A DNA stretch of 64,000 nucleotides from Isurus oxyrinchus (lineage: Eukaryota), in NCBI GenBank assembly GCA_026770705.1, contig JANJGN010000102.1, positions 372,001 through 436,000 on the forward strand, given 5' to 3'. The translations under genes were made by a program, and so were the position numbers. The notes beneath the pieces are model-generated. The model did no database searches. It worked only from the letters and a program-made list of their open reading frames with translations, and was not told where the DNA came from. This document shows positions 10,600-24,348 of the stretch, piece after piece (position 1 is the stretch's first letter; each line of letters opens with the position of its first letter).

Positions 10600-13239
10600 C
10601 TGGCAAAAAAAACATGTCACGTGGTGAGGGAATGGAAAGATTCTGGATTTATTGCATAGGATGAGGCCAGCCAGCACAATTGGATATTTTCCATACATTC
10701 AACAGACCCAGAGCTCTGAGATGCAGAGGAATCAGGGTGTCCCAGTGCATGAATCACATAGTAGGCAGGTACAGCAAGTCATAAGGAAAGCTAATTGAAT
10801 GTTATCGTTTATTGTGAGCTGAATTGAACGGAAAAGTAGGGAGGTTATGCTTCAGTTGTACAGGGCACTGGTGAGACCACATTTGAAGTACTGTGTACAG
10901 TATTGGTCACCTTATTTAAGGAAGGATGTAAATACATCAGAAGCGGTTCAGAGAAGGTTTACCAGACTAATACCAGGAATGGGCGGGTTGTCTAATGAGG
11001 AAAGGTTGGCTAGGCTTGTATCCGCTGGAGTTTAGAAGAGTAAGAGGTGACTTGATTGAATCCTTTAAGATCCTGAGGGGTCTTGACAGGCTGGATGTGG
11101 AGAGAATGTTTCCTCTTGTGGGAGAATCTAGAAGCAGGGGGGTCACTGTTTAAAAATAAGGGGTCACCCATTTAAGAAAGAGATAAGGAGAAATTTATTC
11201 TCTCAGAGGGTTGTGAGTCTTTGGAACTCTCTTCCTCCATAGGTGGTGGAAGCAGAGTCTTTGAATATTTTTAAGGCAGAGGTGTATAGATTCTTGATAA
11301 GCAAGGGGGTGAAAGGTTGGTGGGAATGTGTGGTTGAGGTTACAATCGGATCAGCCATGATCTTATTGAATGGCAGAGCAGGTTTGAGGGGCTGAGTGGC
11401 CTACACCTGCCCTGAATTTGTACGTTCAATACCAGTGTACCTTCGTTGGCCATCAAGTCCTGTGGTGTAGTATGGACACTACACGCTGCACCACTGGACC
11501 TGCTCTTTGTGTATAGGAATCTTTCCTCATTTCACTCCTGAAAGATCTGCCTCTCACTTTTTAGACTCTGCCCCGTCATCCCAGACTCCCCCAACTTCAA
11601 TCAAATCACCCCCTGAACTTTGTAGCATTGGAGGCGGTACAGTGAAGGTTCTCGAGATTGGTCCCTGGGATGAGGGGGGTTGTCCTATGGTGAGAGGCTG
11701 AGTAAATTGGTCCGATATTCTCTAGGGTTTAGAAGAATGAGAGGCGATCTCATTGAGACATACAAAATTCTGAAGGGGTTTGACAGGGTGGACACAGAGA
11801 GATCATTTCCACTGCTCGGGGGAATCTAAAACACGGGGGCACAGTCTCAGGCTAAGGGGCTGATCGTTTCGGACTGAGATGAGAAGTTTCTTCACTCAAA
11901 CGGTTGTGACTCTTTGGAACTCTCTCCGCCAGAGGGTTGTGGATGCTCCATTGTTGAAGACATTTAAGGCTGGGATGGACGGATGTTTGGTCTCTCAGGG
12001 AACTGAGGGGAGCAGGTGGGATAATGGAGTTGAAGCCCAAGATCAGCCATGATCATATTGAATGGCGGGCCAGGCTTAATGGGCCAAATGGTCCACTCCT
12101 GCTCCCATTTTTTGTGTTTTTGTGAATAATATTCTAGAGCAGGAACCGTCATTGAATGCCCAGCCTCCCACAGGCCATGAATGCTGAAAGGAGTTCCAGT
12201 AATAGTTCACACCAACCCAATTTGGGGTCCGCTAAAACGGTGCAGTCCTGGGATCAGGGACACTTCACAGCAATGCTTTTAACCGCAGGTACTTTAAGAG
12301 AATTAAATAGGGCTAAGAAAGTGCAATGACTTCATCGCATTGACAAGCTCTTCACATCCATATATCCCTACTGTGGCTACAAGCGCAGGTCTGAGGCTGG
12401 GAATCCCACGGTGACTACTAACTCACCTCCTGACTCCCCAAAGCCTGTCCACCATCTACAAGTCAGGAGTGTGATGGAATACTCCCCACTTGCCTGGATG
12501 AGTCTAGCTCCAACAACACTCAAGAAGCTCGACACCGTCCAGGGCAAAGCAGCCCCGCTTGATCAGCACTCTATCCACCAACATTCACTCCCTCCACCAC
12601 TGACACACAGTAATAGCAGTGCGTATCATCTCTTGCTCCAACTGGACAGGGCGTTAGTGAGGCTGCACCTGGAGTACTGTGTCAGCTTACTTAAGGGGGG
12701 ATAGACTCACACTGGAGGCCCTTCAGAGAAGGTTCACTCAGCTGATTCCTGGGATGAAGGGGGTTTGTCTTATGGGGAAAGGTTCAGCAGGTTGGGCCTG
12801 TACCCATTGGAGTTTAGAAGAATGAGAGGTGATCTTATTGAAACATATCACTGTCGCTGGGTCAAAATCCTGGAAACCCCCTTCCCAAACATCACAGTGG
12901 GTGTACCTACACCACACAGACTGCAGCGGCTCAAGAAGGCGGCTCCCCACCACCTTCTCAAGGGGCAATTAGGGATGGGCAACAAATGCTGCGCTTGGCC
13001 AGCGATGCCCACATCCCGTGAATGAGTGAAAATAAAGAAATTAAGTGACCTGCATTTTACGAGCTGCCTAATCTGATCTCTCAAAAAAAAATACCCCGGC
13101 ACACTACAAAACTGTTCTTGGCTTGCAATTGTTAAACTTCCCACAGCCAGTGGAACAGAAGTCAGTCTTAGATTTCTTCACAAAGTGAGACATTATAAAT
13201 GTACAGCTTCAGACTCGACTACCCAGTGTCTCTTTTGAG

Positions 13240-13670
13240 CACAATAAACAACTAATTAAACAAATTAACTAATTAACAGCCCCTGAAAGGGGCACTGTAA
13301 CAGAAAAATCCCCAAAAATTTAGGTTAATACTCCTGGGGCTGATGACACGCTCCAGCCCCTGTGGCTGTTGAATCTCAATCTCCTGGCTGAGACACGGGG
13401 AAGCTACCCACCCGCTTCACAAGATCACCAATGCCACCTTGCACTCTTTTAAGTAACCATTAAAAATTAAACCAATTAACAAGTAAACTAAAAGACAGGT
13501 TAATGGGGCACTGTCACAAAAAGACAAAACTTTAATGAAAAGTTAGCAACTTAAATTAAAATGTCATTTCCGTGGCTGATGAGGCACTCCAGACCCCGTG
13601 GTGCCCACTGGCTACAGAAGGCCTCAAGCGCAACGGGCAGAAAGTGCCTCTTTGTACGTGCTCGAGTAAT
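13240..13670 (-). mobile_element. Two tandem 3'-end remnants of a Tx1/L1-like element
   Basis: Minus strand reads LEAFCSQWAPRGLECLISHGNDILI* followed by a T-rich tail; diverged copy at 13250-13370. Confidence 0.5.
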
Positions 13671-16109
13671 CATTCAACCAACGCCCTCTGCTTCTATATA
13701 CTTAAGCTTAATTTACACAATTAACAACTAGAGCAGTGCATTCAATCCTGGTTGCCACACTTGAGGAAGGATGTGAAGGTCTGTGAGCGGGTGAGGAGGG
13801 GGATTTACCAGAAAAGCTCCAGGGATGAGGGATCTGTAGCTCCAGGGTTAGGTTGGAGAAGCTGGGGTTGTTCTCCTTGGAGCAAAGGAGAGATTTGGTA
13901 GAGGTGCACGAGGCTAGGACAGGTTTGGATAAGATAGACAAGGAAAAGCCATTCCCATTAGCCGACAGTACAGGAATTGGGGAGGGACACAGTTTGAAGG
14001 TTCTGGGCGAAGAGGGGATGCGAGGAGGAGCTTTATCGCGCAGCAAGCAGTAACAGCCTGGAACTCGCTGCCCACAAGGGTAGTGGAAGGGGAGATGAAT
14101 GGTTTTCGAATGGAAATTGGACAGTTTTCTTGAGGGAAATAAACTCGCAAGGGCTCGAGGGAGAGTGCGGGTGGAATGGGACTGATGGGATTGCTTTACA
14201 GAGAGATTGCATGGAGTAGATAGACCGAGAAGTCTCCTTCTGTGCTTTAATGATTATATGGCTTCACTTTCAGTGTGTTAATTTGAGGAGCAGTGGCTAC
14301 TGCAGGGGCAGTCAAAGCACTGGGTAAAGTCCCCATACAGAAGCCAGGCCACTGACCGATTGACCGGTCTTCGTTGGGTCAAATCGTGACCTGCCCTCAA
14401 AGAAAATGACACTTAACTGTTCTCGTAAGGGAACTACAGGAATTTTTAAGTCAACATGAATAAACGGTTAGGGTCTTGAATAAACAGGGGTTCCCAGGAG
14501 AGTGTGACAGTATGCACAGGGGTCCCCGAGGGACTGTGTCAGTATTTACAGGGGGTCCCCGAGGGGGTGTGTCAGTATTTACAGGTGGTCCCGGGGAGTA
14601 TGTCAGTATTTACAGGGGGTCCCCGAGGGGTGTGTCAGTATTTACAGGGGGTCCCGGGGAGTATGTCAGTATTTACAGGGGGTCCCGGGGAGCATGTCAG
14701 TATTTACAGGGGGTCCCGGGGAGTGTGTCAGTGTTTACAGGGGGTCCCGGGGTGTGTGTCAGTATTTACAGGGGGTCCCGGGGAGTGTGTCAGCTGCTGC
14801 ACTGATTGCATGTGGGAAATAACATTACCGAGAGGAGGCATGTTCGAGCACCCACTCCAACTGGGGGACACCAAAGTGCATAAATCACAGAGGTGTCACG
14901 CGAGTTTGACAAATCCTCCACCAAATCCAAAGGCTTCTCAAGAGTCCTTAAGAAAACAGCCTTTGAGTTCAGGATCACTGCTTCTGGCAATGAAAGAACA
15001 GGCCTGCTAGTATCGGTTGAATCTCAGCACAGTTAATTATTTGAGAAATGTCATCACCTTAGTTTCAGTGACAGTGGATTTGATTTGTGTTTTCAGCCTT
15101 GCTCGGGCGCAAAGAGTTCCTGGTTAGGCTCATTTGAGATTAATCACACCTCTTATGTAAAGACTCTTATGTAATTCTCTCTGGCAGCATGATACGATGC
15201 TGTGCAATTCCAAGAATTCCCCATATCTAATCCTGCACATCTGAGGGGGTTTTTTTGGGCAGTCTACCTGACCTCTGCAGGGTGCATCAGCTCGGATCAG
15301 AGTTGTGGTTGTGGGGTTTAGTTGTGTTAAGCTGTCTTGTTCCTGTAAAGGTACGGGAACTGCCTGTGGGGAAGTGGTCCAGATGGAGTTAAAAAGGAAC
15401 AGGAGGAGAACATTCAGCCCCTCACGAGCATGATACACAGGAACAGGAAGAGGCTATTCAGCACCTCTTGAGCCTGTTGCACAGGAACAGGAGAATGCCA
15501 TTCAGCCCCTCTTAAGCCTGTTTCTCAGGAACAGAAGCAGGGCATTCAGCTCCATTCGAGCCTTTTTCACAGAAACGGTAGGAGGCCATTCAGCCCCTCT
15601 CGGGCCTGTTGCACAGGAACAGGAGGAGGCCATTGAGCACCAACACCCCCTGCCTCACACCAGCCTGTTATACATAAACAGGAGGAGGCCATCCAGCCCT
15701 CTCGAGCCTATTATGCCTGGGGGAGGAATCTGTCTCTTGGCCTCGCGCAGCTGCTTGTGGGACCTTGCTGTGCGCAAAGAGGCTAAGGTGGTAACAGCAG
15801 TGACTGCAGTCCAGAAATCGTCCATGGGCTACAAAATGTGTTGGGACGTCCTGAGGTGGGAGGGGGGCAAGGGGGTGAGGTGAAAGTGTCAGTTGAGGAA
15901 GGCTCCTGACTCCCCCACCCCGCTTAAACCGACGTTTCAAATCCTGACACTCCCCCTAACCCCCTCCCGCCTCACATCAGTGAATTGACAGCTTTCTCAT
16001 CCATGGCATAAACGGAGTAATCTGATCCGTCACAGACACAATGCAGTTCCTGTAAGGAAGTGGATCTGAAAGAACAGAGGTGTGAGGAGTCCCCTGTCTG
16101 AGATGGGGG

Positions 16110-16150
<41 letters not shown>

Positions 16151-16537
16151 GGTGGGGGGCTGGGAGTTAAAAATAAAATATTACCCAACTTCATCAGAAC
16201 TGTGAGCTGCTTTGCGGTCAACCTCCTGTTTTGAGAAGAGTGGAACTGATTTTGCAGGGGTCAGCACAGACAGCTGAGCTCACAGCGCTGACACGTGCTT
16301 GCTCTCTGACAATTTATTTACCCAGCCATAAACAGAGATGCTGGGCATCTCCTGAATAAATGCAGGAGAGCAGAAGGCGTTCTCTTGCACACTCTTAATG
16401 TCACTGAGCTGTTTTGTGGCTTTTGCCAGTTGTAGTTGCATCTGAGGAAGGAATGATTTGTTGAGAGTGAGAGAGGGAGAGAGAGGTAGAGAGAGATAAG
16501 TCGTGAGCAGGAAAGAGCGACTTTAACTTGCTGGAAC

Positions 16538-16622
16538 ATGGGCTGTCCAAGGCAAAAAAATAAAGCTGGTTTTCTCTGCGCATTGCTGTTAGCATGGCTG
16601 TTGGGCTCCGCGATAGAATGTG
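16538..16622 (+). CDS. Signal-peptide (leader) exon of the MHC W-category gene, MGCPRQKNKAGFLCALLLAWLLGSAIEC
   Basis: aacATGg start, basic N-region, hydrophobic core FLCALLLAWLL, strong phase-1 donor G|gtaaga; in frame with both alpha1 (22652) and beta1 (59126). Confidence 0.85.
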
Positions 16623-16724
16623 GTAAGATGATGATTTTAATCGATTCTTTAACTCTTTTTAACCCAATGTTAGGTTGGGGCGATGTCAGAGGAAGAATGT
16701 GAAATATTTACACACTTCTGTTAC

Positions 16725-17395
16725 ATTGAACATTCCCAGGGCACATACAGCATGACGTTAGATACAGAGTAAAGCCCCCTCTACATTGTCCCCATTAGAC
16801 AGTCCCAGGACAGGTACAGCATGGGATTAGATACAGATTAAAGCTCCCTCTACACTGTCCCCATCAAACACTCCCAGGACAGATACAGCACGGGGTTAGA
16901 TACAGAGTAAAGCTCCCTCTACACTGTCCCCATCAAACACTCCCAGGACAGATACAGCACGGGGTTAGATACAGAGTAAAGCTCCCTCTACACTGTCCCC
17001 ATCAAACACTTCCAGGACAGGTACAGCACGGGGTTAGATACAGAGTAAAGCTCCCTCTACACTGTCCCCATCAAACACTCCCAGGACAGGTACAGCACGG
17101 GGTAGATACAGAGTAAAGCTCCCTCTACACCATCCCCATCAAACAATCCCAGGACAGGTACAGCACGGGATTAGACACAGAGTAAAGCTCCCCCTACACT
17201 GTCCCCATCAAACACTCCCAGGACAGGTACAGCACGAGGTTAGATACAGAGTAAAGCTCCCTCTACACCGTCCCCATCAAACACTCCCAGGACAGGTACA
17301 GCACAGAGTTAGATACTGAGTAAAGCTCCCTCTACACTGTCCCCATCAAACACTCCCAGGACAGGTACAGCACAGGGTTAGATACAGGGTAAAGC
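16725..17395 (+). repeat. 69-bp satellite array; further arrays at 5420-5763, 8573-8709 and 44100-44335
   Basis: Same unit in the opposite orientation to 29620-31530. Confidence 0.95.
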
Positions 17396-17427
17396 CATCT
17401 CAACTGGCACATTTTGGGGTTAATGGC

Positions 17428-18736
17428 TGTTGGTGAGTGGAGACTGACAGGTCTTTGTGAATTCTCAGCTCAGGTGGGAGAAAGACCAGCGTTGGTCTTG
17501 GAAACTGGAGATAGCTTAAGTTGTATTTGTATTTATAGGTGTTAGGAATAAGCTGTAGCTTTAAGTTTAAATTTAATTTTTATTTCTGTATTTGTTTTTT
17601 AAAGGAACCTGAGTTTTAATTTCGCTTTAAACTGATGCCTGCAATTTGAGGGCTTTGTTTGTATACCTGAATTCTACTGAGATTTTATGGCTCTTGAAGT
17701 AGGAAAAATTATGCTGTTGCCTAGCAACAGGGGGGTCCACAGAGACAGAATAGCAGTTTTAGTTCACTTGGAAGCAGGTGCCAGGAGAAGCTGGACACAA
17801 GAGAGGGGACTGCAGGAAGCAGGTTCGAAAGGATGAGAAGTTCCCAAACCAGGGAGTGGCTCAGGAGAAAAGTCCCAGGAAGACAGTGAAGTCAAAGGAG
17901 AAGAACAAGAATTTGAACAAGGTCCTGCCTAGTGAAGTTAAACTTAGGAGCAGAGGACAATGCTCCAAATTAAAGAGAGAAAGCTGCAGAGAACAGACTT
18001 AAAGCAAATTAGGCATGTTGGAAGGCAAAAGATCCAAGGAGACAGCTGAGGGTCGAAAACTCTTTACTATGAGCATGTGAAGCAGGCACGGCTGAGTATC
18101 GGAGAGAGAGTACAAGGAAGGCAAAGTTTGAATGCACATGGTGATCCAGAGGAGAGGAACATCAGAAGGAAAGATCGAAAGCCTGGAAGTGGACCCTTGT
18201 GGAAGGCGTCAGAGAGAAAACGTCATTTGGGAGAAGATTCTAAAGCAAATTCTTCACAAGTGGAGATTGGAAACCTTCGTATAAAAGATGAAGTTCAGTG
18301 AGCCCGGTTGGCTCACTGTGTGACAAGTGTCTGGGGGGAGCTGATGAGAGATCCTTCGCATGCATTTGGGGTGGCACTGTCACTTGGTTACAGAGTGTGG
18401 TGTGTCTGACCACAGGTCGATTATTGGTTTACATGGACTATGTACTTACAGTGAAGCTTAGAGGATAGGATAGCTTTTTAACTTGTGTTACCTTTATGAA
18501 TCTATATATATCCATGAAGGTGTAGTTGTGGGTAATGGAGTATTGTTAATATAGTTCATCTTTTCTTGCTTAATAAATGTTTTATTGTTTTGTTAAAAAT
18601 TCATCAGCTGTCTCCTGTGACTGTTCAGTGGCTGCCCTCCACGTTTCTAAATAAAAAATAAAAGTTAGGTTCTATCCAGCTGAGTTCCAACTTGGGATCT
18701 GAATTGTCCAGTAGTAACATCAGCTGGGATCGTAAC
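17428..18736 (+). mobile_element. Probable LTR-like element in WA intron 1
   Basis: AT-rich then AG-rich body, aataaa, ends gggatcgtaac; 5' boundary and TSD not identified. Confidence 0.45.
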
Positions 18737-20479
18737 TGACGCTTAGTCCGTTTTTAGGTGACAGTGGCTGTCACCCTCTAAATATCACACACCAGATGTC
18801 ATGCTGCACACATCTTAACCATTCTTGCAAATGATTATTTCAAAGCAGAGAGAAAGAGGGAGAGAGAGAGAGAGGAATTCTAGTCAAGGGTAGGAATCAG
18901 ATGGAACAGTCAGAGAATGGCTGTGGCACAGAAGGAGACATTCAGCCCATCGTGCCCTCTGCAAGAGATCTCACCCAGTCCCACTCCCAACCTTTTCCCC
19001 GTAACCCTGTACATTCTTCCTTTTCATATAACAATCCAATTCCCCTTTTGAAAGCCTCGACGGATCCTGCCTCCATCAGGCTCTCAGGCAGCACATTCCA
19101 GATCCTAACCACTCGCTGTGTGAAAAAGTTTCTCCTCATGACTCCATTGCTTAGAACCATAGAAAAGTTACAGTGCAGAAAGAGGCCATTCAGCCCATTG
19201 TGTCTGTACCGGCCATAAAGAGAAAAGAAGTTAACCTCTTTTTTAATCCCACTTTCCAGCACCTGGTCCATAGCCTTGCAGGTTACAGTACCTCAGGTGC
19301 AGATCCTGGTACCTCCTAAATGTGTTGAGTGTTTCAGCCTCAACCACTAATTTCAGGCAGTGAATTCCAGATCCCCACCACACTCTGGGTGAAGAAGTTT
19401 TTCCTCATGTCCTCTCTAATCATTCTATCAATCACCTGAAATCTGTGCCCCCTGGTAATTGACCCCTCAGCTAGGGGGAAACGGGTCTTTCCTGTCTATC
19501 CTATCTAGGCATCTCATAATTTTGTACACCTCAATTAGGTCACCCCTCAGCCTCCTCTGTTCTAAGGAAAACAACTCCAGCCAATCCAATCTTTCCCCAT
19601 AGCTGCAATTTTCCAGCTCTGGCAACATTCTTGTAAATTTCCTCTGTGCTCTCTCCAAAGCGATTATGACCTTCTTGTACAAAAAATTCCAGCTGTGGCC
19701 TAACCAGCATTTTATACAGTTCCATCATTTCATTCCTCCTTTTGTATTCAATACTTCATCCAATAAAGGAAAGCATTCCACATGCTTTCTTGATCACTTT
19801 GTCCACCTGTCCTGCCACCTTCAGGGACCTGCAGACATGCAGTCCAAGGCTTCTCACTTCCTCAACCTCTCTCAATATCCTCCCGTTTATTGAGTAGTCC
19901 CTTGTCTTTTTTGAACCCCCTCCAAATGCATCTCTGGATTAAATCCATTTGCCACTTTTCCGCCCACTCAACCAAACTTTCTTTTGCCAATTGCCTTAAA
20001 TCTGTCTCCTCTGGTTCTCGATTCTTCCACCAAGTTTCTCCCTATCTACTCTGTCCCAGGCCCCTCATGATTTTCAAAGTGGAATCGTTATATTTTATAA
20101 GATATTCCAAACCATCTTTGATTAATAAGCTAAAGCATGAATGTCTGAATATGACTGATTGCACCTATGTTATTTACCTTATTAACTACAATAGCTGAGG
20201 GAACACAATAGTTCGCTTAATATCCAAAGCACATATTTCATTCTGCTTTTTTCATTCTGCCAGTGTGCAAATAAATCATCGCAATTGAATTCCTTGGTGC
20301 AACGTTCCTTGTATACGATGGTAACCTGCACCAGCTGTCTTCTTTTATTCTGCATTATTTTCAGGATAATGTGGGTGTCCTTTACCTAGCATTCATAGCA
20401 GCAGGGAAACCAGCCAATCCCCCTCCCTTTTCTTTTCTGTTCCAGTCTCACTCAGCCAACCCCCCCCTCTGCACCCTCA

Positions 20480-21180
20480 CTTCTTCTTCCAGTACATTGA
20501 TGACAGCCGCTTCCTCTGCTGGTCCTGAACCGGAACATTTCAATCAACTTTGCTTCCAATCTCCACACTTATGTTCAGTCCACGGGCGTCACCCTGAAAT
20601 TCTGGTTGCCTGTCTCTTTAATTTTCCACCTCACTCTGACTCTGATCTCCCTGCCCTCGGTCTGCAGTGCCGTTCTGATTCTGACCTCCCTGCCCTCGGC
20701 CTGCGGCGTTGTTCTGACTCTGACTTCCATGTCCTCGGTCTGCGGTGCCGTTCTGACTCTGACCTCCCTGCCCTCGGACTGTGGCGCCATTCCAATGAAG
20801 CTCAAGGAGTAACACATCTTTTAATTAGTCGCTTTACAGCCTTCTGGACTCAACATTGAGTTCAACAATTTTAGATCATAATCTCTATTCCCATGCTTTG
20901 GGCGGCAGCTGTTGGTGATGATCCTATGTTTCCCGTTTACACCTCCTCTAGATCTATCATCCATTTCTATTTTGTCTAATTACCATCTTTTTTGTCCTTG
21001 CACCCTCCTCCCATTTGTCATTTAATCTCTCCCGTCTTCTCTACCCTATTCCAGACCTTCACTTTTGTTCTTCCTACCCCTCCCCACTCCTCTGTATTTG
21101 TTTGAAACCTGTCATCTCTCTTTCCCCAGCTCCAATGTAAGGTCTTCGAGCTTGAATGTTAACCCTGTTTCCCTCGACAG
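20480..21180 (+). mobile_element. Old Penelope fragment containing four copies of a 39-bp tandem unit (20635-20790)
   Basis: Similar to 7850-8030 (aatgaagctcaa...ggactcaacattgagttcaacaa). Confidence 0.6.
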
Positions 21181-22651
21181 CATTACTGCCTTTGCTCTGG
21201 ACCATTCCTGGCTTTTTCAGAGTCCCTTACTTATGCTTGTGTGTTTATTTTCTATTCCTTCTTGGGATGTAAGTGTTGCTGGCGAACCGGCATTTGCTGC
21301 CCACCCCAAATTGCTTCTTGAACTGAGTGTCTCACTAGAGCCACTTCAGAGGGGCCAATTAAGAGTCAGCCACATTGCTGTGGGCCTGGAGTCACATGTA
21401 GGCCAGACTGGGTAAGGATGGCAGATTTCCTTACCTGAAGGGACAGTGAACCAGATGGGGTTTTTACACCAATCCAGTAATCTCATGATTATATCAGCTT
21501 TTTAAATTCTGGGTTTATTAATGAATTTCATTTACATTTCCCCAGCTGCCATGGTGGGATTTGAATTCATGGGCAGGATTTTTTGAATGGGTCCCGCGCC
21601 ATCACCCACAGAGTCAATGGGGACACTACCTCGCTGATCCTGGCAGCCGTTGAACACTCCATGAGGCTTTCGTTGTCTAAGTTTGAGGCCATTGCCTCAC
21701 CACCACCCCCATCCCCCGCCCCCACCCACCCCCCCCCCCCCCCCCCCCCCTCCCACCCCAAACCTGGGGAGGGGGAGCCATCGTAAGAGAGCTGCTGGTT
21801 AACCTGATTGGCTGACAGAACTATAGTCCCAGCAGCGCCACGTTTGAGCGGTGCCCACTGCTAAGGCTACAGCCAGTCCTCGAAGAGGAGGTTATGAAGG
21901 CCGGTGTTTTTTTATTCTTTCATGGGATGTGGGCATCGCTGGCTAGACCAGCAACTATTGCCACCCCCTATTGACCTTGAGAAGGTGGTGGTGAGCCGCC
22001 TTCTTGAACTACTGCAATCCCTGTGCTGTAGGTACACCCACAGCACTACTAGGGAGGGAGTTCCAGGATTTTGACCCAGCGACAGTGGAGGAACGGCTGA
22101 TGTATTTCCATGTCAGATGGTGAGTGGGTCGGAGGGGAGCTCACAGGCGGTAGTGTTCCCATGTGTCTGCTGCCTTTGTCCTTCTAAGTAGTAGTGGTCG
22201 CGTGTTTGGGCGGTACTGTCACAGGAGCCTTGGTGAGTTGCTGCAGTGCATCTTGTCGATGGTACACACACTGCTGCCCCTGTGTGTTGGAGGGAGTGAA
22301 TGTTAAAGGTGTGGATGAGGTGTCGAACAAGCAGGGCTGCTTTGTCTTGGATGATGCCCATGGAGTGGCCAGGTAAAGAGCCTCAACAGGTCCAGGGGGC
22401 CCCACACCTCCACTGCCCCCCTCCCACCACCCCCACCCCCACCACCCCCCCACCCCCCTCCATAAGATAAGAGACAGCTCGGAGTGGGTGGGTACGTGGC
22501 AGACAGGCCACTTGCTGCATATCACCAGCAGTGCCACCGGGTTTGCAAGTGGGGGGGATCCATAAAACCATGGCTCTGGATTATGAGCCCAATGACATCC
22601 ACAGTAAGTTACCATCCCCTGAAGCTGATCCCAATTATTTTTCACTTCTAG

Positions 22652-22900
22652 CAGAGCAAAGAGTGCGGGGGATGATTTTCAGCGTCTCTGACAGCCGGAC
22701 CTCCATCGTCACCTCGACCACTGATGACATGACCCTCGCCTACCATAACAGCACCGAGTCCAACTTTGTGTTCCTTATCGAGGCGCTGAATGCGCTCCAT
22801 GCTGAGTCAAACAATCTCATCCAGAAATACCAGAGCTATCTGACATTGAATGAAATCTTTCTCAACGAAATGGCGAACCGCATCCCGGAGAAACAAAACG
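22652..22900 (+). CDS. W-category alpha chain (WA) alpha1 domain exon, 83 aa (AEQRVRGMIFSVSD...TTDDMTLAYHNST...NEMANRIPEKQN)
   Basis: Acceptor ttttcacttctag|cag (NAGNAG, alternative start 22655), donor G|gtaatt, 249 nt phase 1-1, open; DD matches class I alpha1 VDD; NST sequon; size of an MHC membrane-distal domain. Confidence 0.8.
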
Positions 22901-22904
22901 GTAA

Positions 22905-23400
22905 TTTGAATAGTCACTTGGTGGTACGGAATATGAGCATTGGTGAAAAACAGACATGATGTTGAAACTTTTTGTCTCACAATCATCAGGATAGATGGAA
23001 GAATGCCAAATTTCAAAGGGGAGAGAGAACAAAGAATGACACTAAGAACTACACCAATGACCATTTTTAAATTATCAGTGGGATTCGCACATACACATGC
23101 TAGAAGCTACATATATTCATATGCAGGGACCTGCCCTCTGCAGACAGAAGGAACATATCCAGCCATGGCACCTTTTTCGAACTAAATAAAAGTGTGAGGG
23201 ACAAAAGCTCCCTGGTGCATTCTCCATGGCAACACCTTGACCAATAAGAATTGACTTTCCAGCCAATCAGCACCCTATTCTCATGCAGTATAAATTGTTG
23301 CTCCCTCAGAAATTTGGCATTCTTGCTTCTGTCCTGGTGAGTCCAAGAGAAAAAGCTTTGACAGCATGTTTCTTTCTCAGCAATCCTCAAATGCTGTACT
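22905..23400 (+). mobile_element. Degenerate Penelope-like fragment directly after the WA alpha1 donor
   Basis: Homologous to 2690-3045; includes a short inverted piece near 22990-23025. Confidence 0.65.
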
Positions 23401-24348
23401 GTCAGGTGACCAGTCTTTAATTCTATGATTCCTTTCTCAATTACCTCATGCTCCCCCTCATAGAGTTAAACAGCACAGAAACAGGCCCTTCAGCCCGTAT
23501 TTGTCTCAGTTTGAGATATCCCATCCACCCCATCGCCTGCTTTATGCTCAGTTCTCAATCCTCCTCCCTTACTTATTGGAACATCCCGGGAGCTCCAAGA
23601 CGGTGAGGCACTAGGCTCGGGACACGAGTCAAGGAACAGGGGAGGCCATTCAGCCCCTTGAGCCTGCATCACCATTCAATCCAATCGTGGCTGATCTACA
23701 ACCTAACTCCATTTTAGGCCACACCTGGAGTCACTGTGAGCAGTTCTGGGCATCACACCTTCGGAAAGATATGCTGACCTCGGAGAGGGTTCTGTATTGA
23801 TTGACCAGAATGATCCCTGGACTCCAAGGGTTAAATTCTGAGGAGAGGTATCAGAAACTATGCTCATATTCCCTGGAATTGAGAAGATTAAGGGGGTGAT
23901 CTGAACAAAGTTTTCGAGATATTCATGGGAACTGATAGCTCTGATTGAGAGGGATCGTTTCTCGCTGGTCGGGGGGGGTGGGGTAGTCTGGGACAAGGGG
24001 GCAGAGTTTGAAAATGAGAGCTAGACCCTTCAGGAGTGAAGTGAGGAAAAACTCCTACACACAAAGGGTGGTTGGAGCTTGAAACTCTCTTCCCCAAATG
24101 GCCATTGATGCCGGGTCAATTGTTAATTTTAAATCTGTGAGATTGAGAGATTTTTGCTAACCAAAGGTTTTAAGGGATACTGGGCGAAGGCAGGTAGGTG
24201 GAGATAGGTGACAGATCAGACATGATCTCGCTGAATGGTCAAAGTCTTCCTGTTCTGTCTATTTGGGGGGGGGCGATCTGCTTAATTTTGAAGATGCGAG
24301 CTCTGCTGCTAACACCCCCTTTCAAGTTTTTAACCTTGTGCCTTCCAG

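Noticed and set aside
20365-20405. Hydrophobic peptide VGVLYLAFIAAG after a good acceptor as a second leader exon
   Set aside because: No GT donor at the expected place (gcag|ggaaac), out of phase with the 16622 donor, and it runs into a Penelope remnant.
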